This document shows positions 1-9,429 of a stretch of 32,000 nt of DNA, piece by piece. Position numbers and translations under genes: made by a program. The notes under the pieces are model-generated. The model saw only the letters and a list, made by a program, of their open reading frames with translations. It did not search any database and was not told the origin of the DNA. Numbering within the stretch: position 1 is the stretch's first letter; each line of letters starts with the position of its first letter. The DNA is taken from the NCBI RefSeq assembly GCF_000621645.1, contig NZ_JHXR01000015.1:30001-62000 (forward strand), written 5' to 3'. Origin of the DNA: Vibrio cholerae ATCC 14035. GTDB lineage: Bacteria > Pseudomonadota > Gammaproteobacteria > Enterobacterales > Vibrionaceae.

Positions 1-627
1 CCTGATTTTGAATCGGATTTCGTCAAACTCGCCGCGCGTATCGAGCCACAATACGCCCCGAAAATTGCCAAGCAGAATTCACAATTCTGGCTTTCGCAAG
101 CCAAAATTGGCCTAAGCGGTATTGAAAACGTGCAGAACCTGTTGGGACAAAGCATTGAAGTACAACCTGGCAATGGTGAAAGTCGTTTTGAGTTTGAACT
201 GCACAAAGAGGCGCGCCATGGTGGTGCTGGCAATACTTACACTTTGCAGAGTGAAAAACGCGGCTCGGTGAGTGTGGGCACCCCGATTCTGTATCGTGAT
301 ATTGAAGTGGGCAAAGTGATTGATGTACGTTTAGGTGAATTTGCCGACCGCGTGATCACCACCATTCGTATAGCTCCGCAGTACACCTATTTGCTGCGTC
401 AAAACAGCGTATTCTGGAATGTCTCTGGGCTCGATATGTCGATTGGTATTACTGGTGCGAATGTGAAAGCCGGTACTTTTGACAGCATGTTGCGCGGCGG
501 GATCACCTTCGCGACGCCAGAGCAGAAACAGCTAACGCCGGCGGCGCCTGAAGGGCATACTTTCTACCTCTACCCTCAAGCCCAAGAGGAATGGACCAAG
601 TGGCGCACACCGATCCCTAAGCCTTAG
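1..627 (+). CDS. MCE-domain intermembrane lipid-transport protein (PqiB/LetB-YebT family), C-terminal fragment; continues off the left edge
   Basis: Frame 1 is open from nt 1 (PDFESDFVKLAARIEPQYAPK...) into the listed ORF 130..627. The VGTPILYRDIEVGKVIDVRL...GGITFATPE segment is typical of a terminal MCE domain. It sits directly upstream of rsmF, as yebT does in E. coli (order recalled from memory). Confidence 0.75.
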   Translation, partial: PDFESDFVKLAARIEPQYAPKIAKQNSQFWLSQAKIGLSGIENVQNLLGQSIEVQPGNGESRFEFELHKEARHGGAGNTYTLQSEKRGSVSVGTPILYRDIEVGKVIDVRLGEFADRVITTIRIAPQYTYLLRQNSVFWNVSGLDMSIGITGANVKAGTFDSMLRGGITFATPEQKQLTPAAPEGHTFYLYPQAQEEWTKWRTPIPKP

Positions 628-646
628 TCGCAAAAGATAACGTGAA

Positions 647-680
647 GAAAAGCAGCCTTGTGCTGCTTTTCTACTTTTCG
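647..680 (+). terminator. Rho-independent terminator after the MCE gene
   Basis: Perfect 10-bp stem gaaaagcagc(647-656)/gctgcttttc(662-671) with loop cttgt, followed by T-rich tacttttcg. It lies 20 nt after the stop at 625-627. Confidence 0.6.
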
Positions 681-747
681 GCGATCCTTTATGTCACCGC
701 CTTATCTGGTTATAATCGCCGCCCTTATTCATCTACGGAACTCGCTT

Positions 748-2169
748 GTGCATCCGAACATTTCCCTTCCCGAACCATTCATCGCGTCGATGGCGAAAAT
801 ACTGCCAGATCCCACTCAGCTTGCTGATTTTATTGCAGCTTGCCAAAGGCCTCTGCGCAAAAGTATTCGCGTTAATACACTCAAAATTTCTGTCGCAGAG
901 TTTTGTCAGCGCGCCGCTGAGAAAGAGTGGCAACTGACGCCAGTACCTTGGTGTGAGAATGGGTTTTGGATTGATGCCGATGAAAGCTTAGTCCCGCTGG
1001 GTAATACCGCTGAGCATATGGCTGGGCTGTTTTATATCCAAGAAGCCAGTTCGATGATGCCCGTTTCAGCCCTGTTTATGGGGAATGCGCACTATGACTC
1101 TGTGTTGGATATGGCGGCGGCTCCGGGCTCGAAAACCACGCAAATGGCCGCCTTGATGGACAACCAAGGCGTGTTGGTTGCCAATGAGTTTTCCGCAAGC
1201 CGAGTGAAAGTGCTGCACGCCAACATTGAGCGCTGTGGGATTCGTAATACCGCACTAAGTAATTTTGATGGTTGTGTGTTTGGAGGTTGGTTGCCTGAGC
1301 GTTTTGATGCGGTGTTGATCGACGCGCCCTGCTCTGGTGAAGGTACAATTCGCAAAGATCCTGATGCGATGAAAAACTGGAGCCTTGAGTCGATTCAAAG
1401 TATTGCCAACACTCAAAAAGCCTTAATTGAAAGCGCATTTCAGGCGCTCAAAGTGGGCGGCACGCTGGTGTATTCAACCTGTACCTTGAGCCGTGAAGAA
1501 AATCAGCAAGTGTGCTGGCACTTAAAGCAGACATATGGTGATGCGGTTAGCTTTGAATCACTGGGTAATTTATTTGAGCACGCATCGCTCGCCCTTACCG
1601 AAGAAGGCTTCCTGCACATTTTTCCGCAAATGTACGATTGTGAAGGCTTTTTTGTCGCGAAAATTCGTAAACTAGCCTCCGTGCCAACGCCAGAGGTCAA
1701 CAAGCGATTAGGCAAGTTTCCGTTTAACAAAGCGAGCCATAAGCAGCAAGCGGAGATTGCTCAGCAACTTCACAAGTCTCTTGGTATCGAGCTGCCCTCG
1801 GATGCACAGGTCTGGTTGCGCGATAATGATGTGTGGCTATTCCCCGAAGCTTTAGAGCCCTTATTGGGTGAGCTACGCTTTTCTCGCATGGGAATAAAAA
1901 TTGCTGAAGCACATAAATCGGGTTATCGATGGCAGCATCAAGTGGCGACTTGTCTTGCATCCTCAAGTGCGAGTCACAGTGTCGAGCTGGATACCACGCA
2001 AGCACGAGAATGGTTTATGGGCAGAGATGTCAGACCAGAAGGACAAAGTGGTCAAGGCGAAGTGATCATCCGTTACGCTAACGATGTGATTGGGTTAGGA
2101 AAATGGGTAGGCAATCGCGTGAAGAATGGACTGCCAAGAGAGCTAGTTAGAGACAAAAATCTATTTTGA
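748..2169 (+). CDS. rsmF: 16S rRNA (cytosine1407-C5)-methyltransferase RsmF (YebU)
   Basis: The protein matches the RsmF/NOL1-NOP2-Sun family (FIAACQRPLRKSIRVNTLK, AAAPGSKTT SAM motif, DAPCSGEG, STCT). I moved the start to GTG 748 (VHPNISLPEPF...) by alignment to my recollection of the E. coli RsmF N-terminus. The listed start at 658 lies inside the upstream terminator hairpin. Confidence 0.9.
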   Translation: MHPNISLPEPFIASMAKILPDPTQLADFIAACQRPLRKSIRVNTLKISVAEFCQRAAEKEWQLTPVPWCENGFWIDADESLVPLGNTAEHMAGLFYIQEASSMMPVSALFMGNAHYDSVLDMAAAPGSKTTQMAALMDNQGVLVANEFSASRVKVLHANIERCGIRNTALSNFDGCVFGGWLPERFDAVLIDAPCSGEGTIRKDPDAMKNWSLESIQSIANTQKALIESAFQALKVGGTLVYSTCTLSREENQQVCWHLKQTYGDAVSFESLGNLFEHASLALTEEGFLHIFPQMYDCEGFFVAKIRKLASVPTPEVNKRLGKFPFNKASHKQQAEIAQQLHKSLGIELPSDAQVWLRDNDVWLFPEALEPLLGELRFSRMGIKIAEAHKSGYRWQHQVATCLASSSASHSVELDTTQAREWFMGRDVRPEGQSGQGEVIIRYANDVIGLGKWVGNRVKNGLPRELVRDKNLF

Positions 2170-2291
2170 TTGGCTGAACTATAGTATTAAATTCTAAAAA
2201 CCTGTCGCTAATTTCAGTATCTGTACTAGGCTTAGAACTAAGCAACTGACTAGATTTTCCATTAGCGCAGGCTCTTTGGAGCCATTCCCCT

Positions 2292-2326
2292 AGGCCCTAA
2301 AACCTTACGTTTTGGGCCTTTTTTTC
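2292..2326 (+). terminator. Rho-independent terminator (plus strand), about 120 nt downstream of the rsmF stop
   Basis: Stem aggccctaaaac / gttttgggcct (one bulge), loop cttac, followed by a T7 run (2319-2325). Confidence 0.6.
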
Positions 2327-2350
2327 GGGTTCTTTTTACGAAAGATAGGG

Positions 2351-3184
2351 TTAGGCTAAACGAATTCCATCATTTTCAATGACGATTTTGCCTTGCTTAT
2401 ACAAACCGCCGATGGTCTTTTTGAACGTGCCTTTACTGGTGCGAAAAGTGGCAAAAATGGCTTCAGGTGTCGATTTATCGCTCAGCGGTAAGAAACCTCC
2501 TTTCTTCTCTAAGGTTTCTAAGATCTTAGTACTGAGCTCATCCATTTTTTCTACCCCTACTTTTTGCAGGGACAGGTCGATTTTGCCATCTTCGCGTACA
2601 CTCTTGATGTAGCCCTTGAGCTTCTTACCGATGAACAGCTTGCCAAAGACATCTGAGGAGAAAATCATGCCCCAATGTGTGCCATTCACAATCGCTTTGA
2701 AGCCAAGTTCAGAACGTTCCGCAATCAGTAAATCAACTTGTTGGTTTGGCGTGTATTTCGCTGGTGTTTTATCAAGCCACTTGTTGAACTTGGTTGTGCC
2801 GACAATACGCCCCGATGCTTTATCGGTGTAGACGTAAACTAAGACGGTTTGGCCAGCGGTAAAACGGGCACGCTGCTCACTGTATGGAATAAGCAGATCT
2901 TTGTTTTTGATGCCCCAGTTGGCAAACGCCCCAGTGCTATTTACGCCCTCGATCTTCATTAAGCCCCACTCGCCGACTTGCGCGATTGGCGTTTCAGTTG
3001 TGGCAGCGAGTTGGTTTTCAGAGTCAAAATACAAGAAAACGTCAATAAACTGCCCAATTTCAATACCTTCTGGCACGAAACGCTTAGGCAGCAAGGTAGT
3101 GCCGTATTCTCCTGCATCCAAAAAAACACCAAATTCGGCGAATTTCACCACTTCTAAACTATTAATTTGACCAATGTTAATCAT
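2351..3184 (-). CDS. S1 RNA-binding-domain protein, CvfB/YitL family
   Basis: Repeated S1-like segments (GEWGLMKIEGVNSTGAF..., GQTVLVYVYTDKASGRIVGT) and a C-terminal winged-helix-like tail. The start is set at ATG 3184 (MINIGQINSLEVVKFAEFGVFLD); the upstream extension in the ORF track has no family support. Confidence 0.8.
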   Translation of the reverse strand: MINIGQINSLEVVKFAEFGVFLDAGEYGTTLLPKRFVPEGIEIGQFIDVFLYFDSENQLAATTETPIAQVGEWGLMKIEGVNSTGAFANWGIKNKDLLIPYSEQRARFTAGQTVLVYVYTDKASGRIVGTTKFNKWLDKTPAKYTPNQQVDLLIAERSELGFKAIVNGTHWGMIFSSDVFGKLFIGKKLKGYIKSVREDGKIDLSLQKVGVEKMDELSTKILETLEKKGGFLPLSDKSTPEAIFATFRTSKGTFKKTIGGLYKQGKIVIENDGIRLA

Positions 3185-3285
3185 ATAAAACTGTCTCACA
3201 GCAAATTTGCAGAGATTATACGTTATCTCTGTTATGCTTTCTCGCATTCGAGCAATAAATCGGGCAATTTTTACAGGAGTTTTCG

Positions 3286-4635
3286 TTGATTACCGTACAA
3301 CAGCAAGATGCGGCAACCTTGACGATTGTCAGCCAGATGACGGGCAGTAAAGAGCTCGATCTTAATTTGTATCTCTTTATTCCTGGCGAGTTGGATATTT
3401 CACCCGAAGTCATTTCGGAGTCGGAGTTTTTCTACAGTTCAATCCACCAGCAGCGTGCCTATTACAGCGACCAGATCCTTTTACCTCTGGTTCACAGCCG
3501 CCTTGCTCAACGTGGCCATCTCTCGACGACCCAATATCGGGTGAGCTTGAGCTTGTTTGCTTATCAGTATGTGATTGCGTTGGATAAAGCGGTTTCTCAG
3601 CTCAACAACACCAGCGATACGGTGACGGCAGAAGAAGTCGATAGCGTAATTGAGCTTTCGCTGGATATTTTGCGTCGCCTGCGCCGCAGTATTCCTTACG
3701 AAGAGCAACTCAAGCGTTACTACGCCAACATTGATAACTACCTCTCTTGGTACACTGAGCAGAGCTTCTTATCCATGATTGCGCACATGACCCGTGATAA
3801 TGAATACAAAACCATTAAAGACAGGTTGATCACGCTGGTTGAGAAAGAGCAAGCACATCGCACCCTTAACCAGTACAACTCAGATAAGGCCAACCATGAT
3901 ATTACTCGTCTCAGTAATAAAATGCGGTTACTGCGCCGCCTGATTGAGCACCCGGTCATCCTCAATGAAAAAGTGTCATCGCTGGGGAATAACACCAAAC
4001 GTGCGGTGAAAGGTTTAGCAACAGGTTTAGTTATGGTGGCAGTGACCATTACCGCCATTTCCGCGCGTGACTACTGGGGAGAAATTACCGCCTCATTCAT
4101 CATTGCTATGTCCTTTATCTATGCTCTTCGGGAAATCTTTAAAGACGACCTGCGCGATATGCTGTGGCGCTGGATAAGCAAAGGAAAAGCAAAATGGCGA
4201 CGTCACTACTTCGACCCGACGACCGGTAAGCAAGTGGGCGACAAAGAAGAGTGGCTGGATTACAAAAAGCTAAGTGAGCTGCCGGATCGCATTCAAGCGA
4301 TTCGGAAAAAACGTATTGTGCAACGTGAAGAACAGATCCTGCATTATCGTTCTCATACGGAAATGTCGACATCCCGTTTCATGAGTGGCTATGAAGAGAC
4401 ACGAGAAACCATGATGATTGATTTGCGCGCCATCATGCGCCAGATGGATAAAGGCTCAAATCATATTTATCAGCTCAACAACGGACAAGTCAGTCGCGAA
4501 TCGGTGGAAAAACGCCATCTGTTAAATCTGATCGTGAAAGAAAAACACCATAAAGGTGAGCCGACTTACTACCGCTGGAAAATCGTGTTGAACCGTAGTC
4601 GAATTGTGGACATCGAATCTATTCCACTTACTTAA
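3286..4635 (+). CDS. Hypothetical 449-aa protein with a central two-helix membrane hairpin; function unknown
   Basis: Long ORF with a TTG start 6 nt after a strong SD (AGGAG 3275-3279). There are two adjacent hydrophobic helices (GLATGLVMVAVTITAISA / ITASFIIAMSFIYAL). I recognise no family motif. Confidence 0.7.
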   Translation: MITVQQQDAATLTIVSQMTGSKELDLNLYLFIPGELDISPEVISESEFFYSSIHQQRAYYSDQILLPLVHSRLAQRGHLSTTQYRVSLSLFAYQYVIALDKAVSQLNNTSDTVTAEEVDSVIELSLDILRRLRRSIPYEEQLKRYYANIDNYLSWYTEQSFLSMIAHMTRDNEYKTIKDRLITLVEKEQAHRTLNQYNSDKANHDITRLSNKMRLLRRLIEHPVILNEKVSSLGNNTKRAVKGLATGLVMVAVTITAISARDYWGEITASFIIAMSFIYALREIFKDDLRDMLWRWISKGKAKWRRHYFDPTTGKQVGDKEEWLDYKKLSELPDRIQAIRKKRIVQREEQILHYRSHTEMSTSRFMSGYEETRETMMIDLRAIMRQMDKGSNHIYQLNNGQVSRESVEKRHLLNLIVKEKHHKGEPTYYRWKIVLNRSRIVDIESIPLT

Positions 4636-5104
4636 CGATTTTCAGTGAAAGGGTTAACCAAAACTCCGCCATTGGCTCATCACCATGCAGCGTAGGACAG
4701 GTCGCAATAATGTGTACTTCTTGGTTAACCCGCTCTCCGGTACGCGCTGTTTCGTCTAGCATGCGATCAATCTTCTCACCTTCTACACAATGAAAATGCA
4801 CCGCAGCTTCTGGGCGTTTGTGAAATTCGCCTCTCACCGATTTGAACGCCAAGGAAACCGATTTACCGCGTTGATTGGCTTTGTGCATCGCCATGTAACC
4901 ACCCGCGACATCGGCGCCCACCGCAAGTACACCGAAATACATACTATTGAGGTGATTTTTATTGCGTCTTTTCAGAGGGATACGCACCTCAACCGCTTGA
5001 TCGTTTAGCGAAAGAATTTTCGGACGACACGCCCAGATCAAAGGGACTTTGAAAAAGCCGAACAGATTAAGACAGAGGTTGGCTTTTGCTAAGGGTGACA
5101 GCAT
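4628..5104 (-). CDS. Hot-dog fold thioesterase-like protein (DUF4442-like, name from memory)
   Basis: 158-aa ORF. The segment NHLNSMYFGVLAVGADVAGG...SVSLAFKSVRGEFHKR resembles PaaI/DUF4442-type hot-dog proteins. Its 3' end overlaps the convergent 3286..4635 gene by 8 nt. Confidence 0.65.
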   Translation of the reverse strand: MLSPLAKANLCLNLFGFFKVPLIWACRPKILSLNDQAVEVRIPLKRRNKNHLNSMYFGVLAVGADVAGGYMAMHKANQRGKSVSLAFKSVRGEFHKRPEAAVHFHCVEGEKIDRMLDETARTGERVNQEVHIIATCPTLHGDEPMAEFWLTLSLKIVK

Positions 5105-5379
5105 AAAAACTCCGCAATAGTAAGTTGTCCGACCACTTCAATCGATCGCCGAATAAATGTCAAACAAATGTTAACAAAATGCTGAGCCACGACGCTTTCT
5201 GAGCAAAGTGAAGAGATAAGTCTGCTTGGTTGTGATGGGGTTACGCAGGCGGTTTGGTCAAATGCTCGGTTTTTACTTCAATTTACACCCCTTTCCGCAG
5301 CTGTTTTCGGCGTAATGGTTTATTCTCGTTGACAAATTCGTTATCTTTAGCGCTTCGCAATAAAAGGACAGGCGCTCCT

Positions 5380-6441
5380 ATGCCACTGAAAACCGATGAA
5401 TTAAGAACCCAAGCATTGGGACCTATGCCTACTCCGGCAGAATTAAGTCACGCACATCCTATCACTGATGAAGTTGCGCTACGGATCGCGCAGTCTCGTC
5501 GCCAAATTGAAAGCATTCTTACCGGTGAAGATGATCGCCTATTAGTGATAGTGGGGCCTTGTTCGGTGCATGATACCGATGCCGCACTCGACTACGCTCG
5601 CCGCCTTGCTGCGCTACAAGAAAACTATACTGATGAGCTTTTTGTGGTGATGCGGACCTATTTCGAAAAACCACGTACTGTGGTGGGTTGGAAAGGACTG
5701 ATCACCGATCCAAACTTAGATGGCTCTTACGCTTTAGAAACCGGTCTCAATAAAGCGCGAAAGTTGCTGCTTGATGTAAACAAGCTCGGATTGGCTACCG
5801 CGACCGAGTTTCTTGATATGATCACAGGCCAATACATCGCGGACCTTATCACGTGGGGCGCAATTGGTGCGCGTACCACTGAGTCGCAAATTCACCGTGA
5901 GATGGCCTCTGCGCTCTCCTGCCCTGTGGGTTTTAAAAATGGCACTAACGGTAATGTGAAAATCGCGATTGATGCGATCCGCGCGGCCAAAGCGTCACAT
6001 TACTTCTATTCACCAGATAAGAATGGTCGTATGACGGTTTACCGTACCAGTGGTAACCCATTTGGTCATATTATTCTGCGTGGTGGTGATAGCGGACCAA
6101 ACTTTGATGCGGCTTCGATTAATGAAGCTTGCCAGCAGTTGGCGCAATTCAACTTACCAGAGCGTTTAGTGGTGGATTTCAGCCACGCGAACTGTCAAAA
6201 ACAACACCGTAAACAAGTGGATGTCGCGCGCGATATTTGCCAGCAAATTGAAGCTGGCAGCCACAAAATTGCGGGCATCATGGCGGAAAGCTTCCTTGTG
6301 GAAGGCAATCAGCCAATGCACGATCTCAATAATCTGACTTATGGTCTGTCGATCACCGATCCTTGTTTAGGATGGAAAGATACCGCCACCATGCTTGATA
6401 TGCTGGCTCAATCGATCAAAGTCCGTCGTTCTCGTCATTAA
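5380..6441 (+). CDS. aroH: 3-deoxy-7-phosphoheptulonate (DAHP) synthase, class I-alpha, AroH-like (Trp-sensitive type)
   Basis: The sequence is near-collinear with class I DAHP synthases ([51 protein letters not shown]). The N-terminus (TDELRT) and [17 protein letters not shown] resemble E. coli AroH more than AroG or AroF, judged from memory. The start is set at ATG 5380 behind AAAAGGACAGG; the 5254 extension is not conserved-looking. Confidence 0.85.
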
Positions 6442-6452
6442 GGAAATACCTC

Positions 6453-6935
6453 ATGCCTTCTTTTGATATTGTTTCAGAAATTGATGCGGTTGAGCTGCGT
6501 AACGCAGTCGAAAACTCAACGCGTGAACTCGCTAGCCGATTTGATTTTCGTAACGTAGATGCGAGCTTTGAGCTGAAAGAAGAGACCGTAAAACTGGCCG
6601 CCGAAGATGATTTCCAACTCGGTCAGATGATGGATATTTTGCGCGGTAATCTCGCCAAACGCGGTGTGGATGCTCGTGCGATGAAAGCCAAGGATTCTGT
6701 GCATATCGGTAAAAACTGGTACAAAGAAGCAGAATTCAAGCAAGGTTTAGAAGCGCTACTGGCGAAGAAAATCGTCAAACTGATCAAAGATGCCAAAATC
6801 AAAGTGCAAGCTTCGATCCAAGGCGACAAAGTACGCGTCACGGGCAAAAAGCGCGATGATTTGCAAGAAGTGATGGCGATGCTGCGCGAGGCCAACCTTG
6901 AGCAACCGCTGCAATACAATAACTTCCGCGAATAG
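6453..6935 (+). CDS. yajQ: YajQ-family nucleotide/c-di-GMP-binding protein (UPF0234)
   Basis: 160 aa with the [34 protein letters not shown] signature N-terminus of YajQ. Confidence 0.9.
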
Positions 6936-6978
6936 TTTGAGATAAAACACGTGTATTGAAGTACACAGTTTCGCTTTA

Positions 6979-7010
6979 AACAAACGCCCCGTTTTTGGGG
7001 CGTTTGTTGT
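6979..7010. terminator. Bidirectional rho-independent terminator between convergent yajQ and cobB
   Basis: Stem aaacgcccc(6982-6990)/ggggcgttt(6997-7005), flanked by an A-run on the left and a T-rich stretch on the right. Confidence 0.7.
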
Positions 7011-7069
7011 TGCTGTGAGTTAAATGCAAGTATTCTTGCTCAAGTCATCACATAAATAACCAACGGCAC

Positions 7070-7810
7070 TTAAGCTGCACTCTCTTTCGCTCGCGCCTGA
7101 GCGGCTAAGATTTCTTCCACTAACCTTGGCACTTCAATACTGGCTTTACCATAGCGCTTCTCAGCAAACTCGCTTTCCACTGCACTTGGCTCCAAATTGA
7201 TCTCTATGGTGTGCGCGCCATGCATACGTGCGTCATGCACAAACCCCGCCGCAGGATAAACCACCCCAGAGGTGCCAATAGACACAAACAGATCTGCTTG
7301 TTCAAGCGCGGCGTAAATATCGCCCATGCGTAGCGGCATTTCACCAAACCAGACAATGTGTGGGCGCATCTGTGCAGGCATTTGGCAGCAGTGGCACAGA
7401 TCGCCATGACGGATATCCTCTTTTTGCTCGACCGTTTGATTGGACTCAGGACAGCGCGCTTTCAGCAGCTCTCCATGCATATGAATAATGTTCTGGCTGC
7501 CGCCACGTTCGTGCAAGTTATCAATGTTCTGGGTAATCACAGTGACACTGCCCTGCAACTCTTTTTCCAGTTTGCCAAGAGCAAGGTGTGCAGGGTTAGG
7601 CTGAATAGCGTCAGAGAGTAGCTTACGGCGGCGCTGGTTATAAAACTCCAACACCATATCGGGATCACGCTGAAACCCTTCGGGTGTCGCCACATCTTCG
7701 ATTCGATGGTTTTCCCACAGCCCATCCTGAGCACGGAAAGTTTGAATACCAGACTCCGCAGAGATGCCTGCTCCAGTCAGTATCACAACATGTCGATACG
7801 GTAAGCTCAT
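7070..7810 (-). CDS. cobB: NAD-dependent protein deacylase/deacetylase, Sir2 family (CobB)
   Basis: [30 protein letters not shown] and a Cys4 zinc module (CPESN...CHCC). The start is set at ATG 7810 ([15 protein letters not shown]). Confidence 0.9.
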   Translation of the reverse strand: MSLPYRHVVILTGAGISAESGIQTFRAQDGLWENHRIEDVATPEGFQRDPDMVLEFYNQRRRKLLSDAIQPNPAHLALGKLEKELQGSVTVITQNIDNLHERGGSQNIIHMHGELLKARCPESNQTVEQKEDIRHGDLCHCCQMPAQMRPHIVWFGEMPLRMGDIYAALEQADLFVSIGTSGVVYPAAGFVHDARMHGAHTIEINLEPSAVESEFAEKRYGKASIEVPRLVEEILAAQARAKESAA

Positions 7811-7900
7811 AACCCATTCCTTTTCTCGGCTTTTGTTTAAGCTTAACACCGAAGCGTTATCAACCCTAGAATACGGGGATTAGACCATAGTAGTAACAAG

Positions 7901-7930
7901 GATAAAAACACCCAGCGAGTGCTGGGTGTT
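7901..7930 (-). terminator. Rho-independent terminator ending the FDH operon
   Basis: Stem aacacccagc(7907-7916)/gctgggtgtt(7921-7930), loop gagt. On the minus strand it is followed by TTTTTATCC. It lies 17 nt after the stop of the 7947..8369 gene. Confidence 0.65.
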
Positions 7931-7946
7931 GAACGCTAGACCTGTA

Positions 7947-8369
7947 TTACAAATTCGGCCCTTTGGAGGGAGAATGCGGTAAGTTATTTTGATACTGCTG
8001 CATGCCTTGGATCATCCGCCAGATCCAAATAGAGATGGCTCCAACGGCAATGAGTGCGCCCACATAAGGAATGCCATGCCCAAGTTTGGCAAGCCAATGC
8101 TCCGGCATCCAGTAGCGATTCACACCCATGATAATGCCGTTCGTGGTCGCTACCGTCACAATCAATACCACAAAGAATGTGAGATAGAGGAAGAAACTGC
8201 GAATGAGCCCATAGTAATGGGAATTCGCTATCTCACCGTCTTGGTTCTTATCCAATCGATAACCCGCATAGATAATGCCAATCACGCCCGAGAGCAAGCA
8301 GGTGAATGGCGTCAGCAAGCTTGCAATGTAGACAAACCACACTGACTTGTGCGCTCTATCTTGATTCAT
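7947..8369 (-). CDS. Small polytopic membrane protein (140 aa), last gene of the FDH operon; function unknown
   Basis: Strong SD (AGGAGAGG) 6 nt (TGAGCC) before the ATG at 8369. Its start overlaps the gamma-subunit stop by 14 nt (ATGAATCAAGATAG). It has 3-4 predicted hydrophobic helices. Confidence 0.75.
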   Translation of the reverse strand: MNQDRAHKSVWFVYIASLLTPFTCLLSGVIGIIYAGYRLDKNQDGEIANSHYYGLIRSFFLYLTFFVVLIVTVATTNGIIMGVNRYWMPEHWLAKLGHGIPYVGALIAVGAISIWIWRMIQGMQQYQNNLPHSPSKGPNL

Positions 8370-9429
8370 GGCTCACCTCTCCTTTCGTTTGATTGAATGA
8401 GGCCGGTTGAGATTCCGTACTGGCTTCTTCAATTTCACCGCGGCGTTTCACTTCTTCATACCAAAGGTCATGATGCTCTTTCGCCCACGTTTCATCCACT
8501 TTGCCGGTCACCATGCCTTCTAATGCGCCTTCCATACCAAACAGACCGATATAAATATGGAAGATAAAGCCACAGATTAAGATCAACGCTGAGAGCATAT
8601 GAATGAGGTTCGACAGTTCCATATCACGACGTGTTTGACCAAAGATCGGGAAGTCGAGCACCAAACCACTAATGGCCGCAAAGGTTCCAAACACAATCAG
8701 TAACCAGTAAATGGCTTTTTCCCCAGCATTGGAAAAGCCTGCTGAAGGATGTGTGCCTTTGTATTTTCCAACCATGCCACCGAGTTTCATAAACCACTGC
8801 ACATCCACTTTATTGAAGATGGATTTGCGCCACCACTTGAGCAGTACAAACATCAGCAAAATGAAAAACAGTGGTCCCATGTAGTTGTGATACTGCTTCG
8901 CGGCATAGATGATCCAGCCCCACAGCTCACTCGGGATATACGGTTTTAAGAAGTGCTTACCGTACACCAGCATCAAGCCACTGAATGCCAAGGTCAGGAA
9001 GGTAAACGCCATGCTCCAGTGCAGCGCCCTATCTGAGCGTGACCAGCGATTGAGCTTACGTCCGGTGCGCGGCTTACTCAGCATCAGCGGACCGACTGCG
9101 ATATACGCTAGCACGACCATTGCTATGCTGCCGAAAATCGCCACCGCACCAGCCGGAGACATCCATTTCTCTTTGAGGATAAACCAAGTTTCACCCGGTT
9201 TACTGATCAACACGCCATGTTCAGGAGACTGAGACGTGGTGTACCCCGCTTCGCCTTGTCGTACCTGACGCCAAAAGTCTGCACCCGCCAGTTGGGTCAT
9301 CTCTTTTTGCACCACATCCGGTTTTGCGTTCTCTTCTGCCATCACGGGTTGAGCCAACCAGCACAGCAGTGCTGCCAATAAAGGCAGCACAAAACGAGTG
9401 GCGCGAGAAAGTTGTTGTCTCATAGCCAC
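8356..9429 (-). CDS. fdhC: Formate dehydrogenase gamma subunit (di-haem cytochrome b, FdnI/FdhC family) with an N-terminal periplasmic extension
   Basis: Signal-like N-terminus (LPLLAALLCWLAQPVMA), then 5 helices with the conserved His-bearing segments (RALHWSMAF, QYHNYMG, HMLSAL, FHIY). The listed start is GTG 9429; ATG 9423 is an alternative. It abuts the fdhB stop. Confidence 0.85.
   Translation of the reverse strand: MAMRQQLSRATRFVLPLLAALLCWLAQPVMAEENAKPDVVQKEMTQLAGADFWRQVRQGEAGYTTSQSPEHGVLISKPGETWFILKEKWMSPAGAVAIFGSIAMVVLAYIAVGPLMLSKPRTGRKLNRWSRSDRALHWSMAFTFLTLAFSGLMLVYGKHFLKPYIPSELWGWIIYAAKQYHNYMGPLFFILLMFVLLKWWRKSIFNKVDVQWFMKLGGMVGKYKGTHPSAGFSNAGEKAIYWLLIVFGTFAAISGLVLDFPIFGQTRRDMELSNLIHMLSALILICGFIFHIYIGLFGMEGALEGMVTGKVDETWAKEHHDLWYEEVKRRGEIEEASTESQPASFNQTKGEVSHESR

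Noticed and set aside
658-747. Upstream extension of rsmF (listed start 658), together with the overlapping 642..827 and 746..937 ORFs
   Set aside because: The extension starts inside the terminator hairpin of the preceding gene and encodes non-conserved hydrophobic sequence. Alignment to RsmF begins at about 748.
5254-5379. 42-codon N-terminal extension of the DAHP synthase ORF; a TyrR/TrpR operator was also looked for in 5105-5379
   Set aside because: The family alignment starts at [10 protein letters not shown] behind a good SD at 5380. I found only a weak half TyrR box (TTTTTA-N6-TTTACA near 5270-5290) and no TrpR-like CTAG repeats, so no operator is called.
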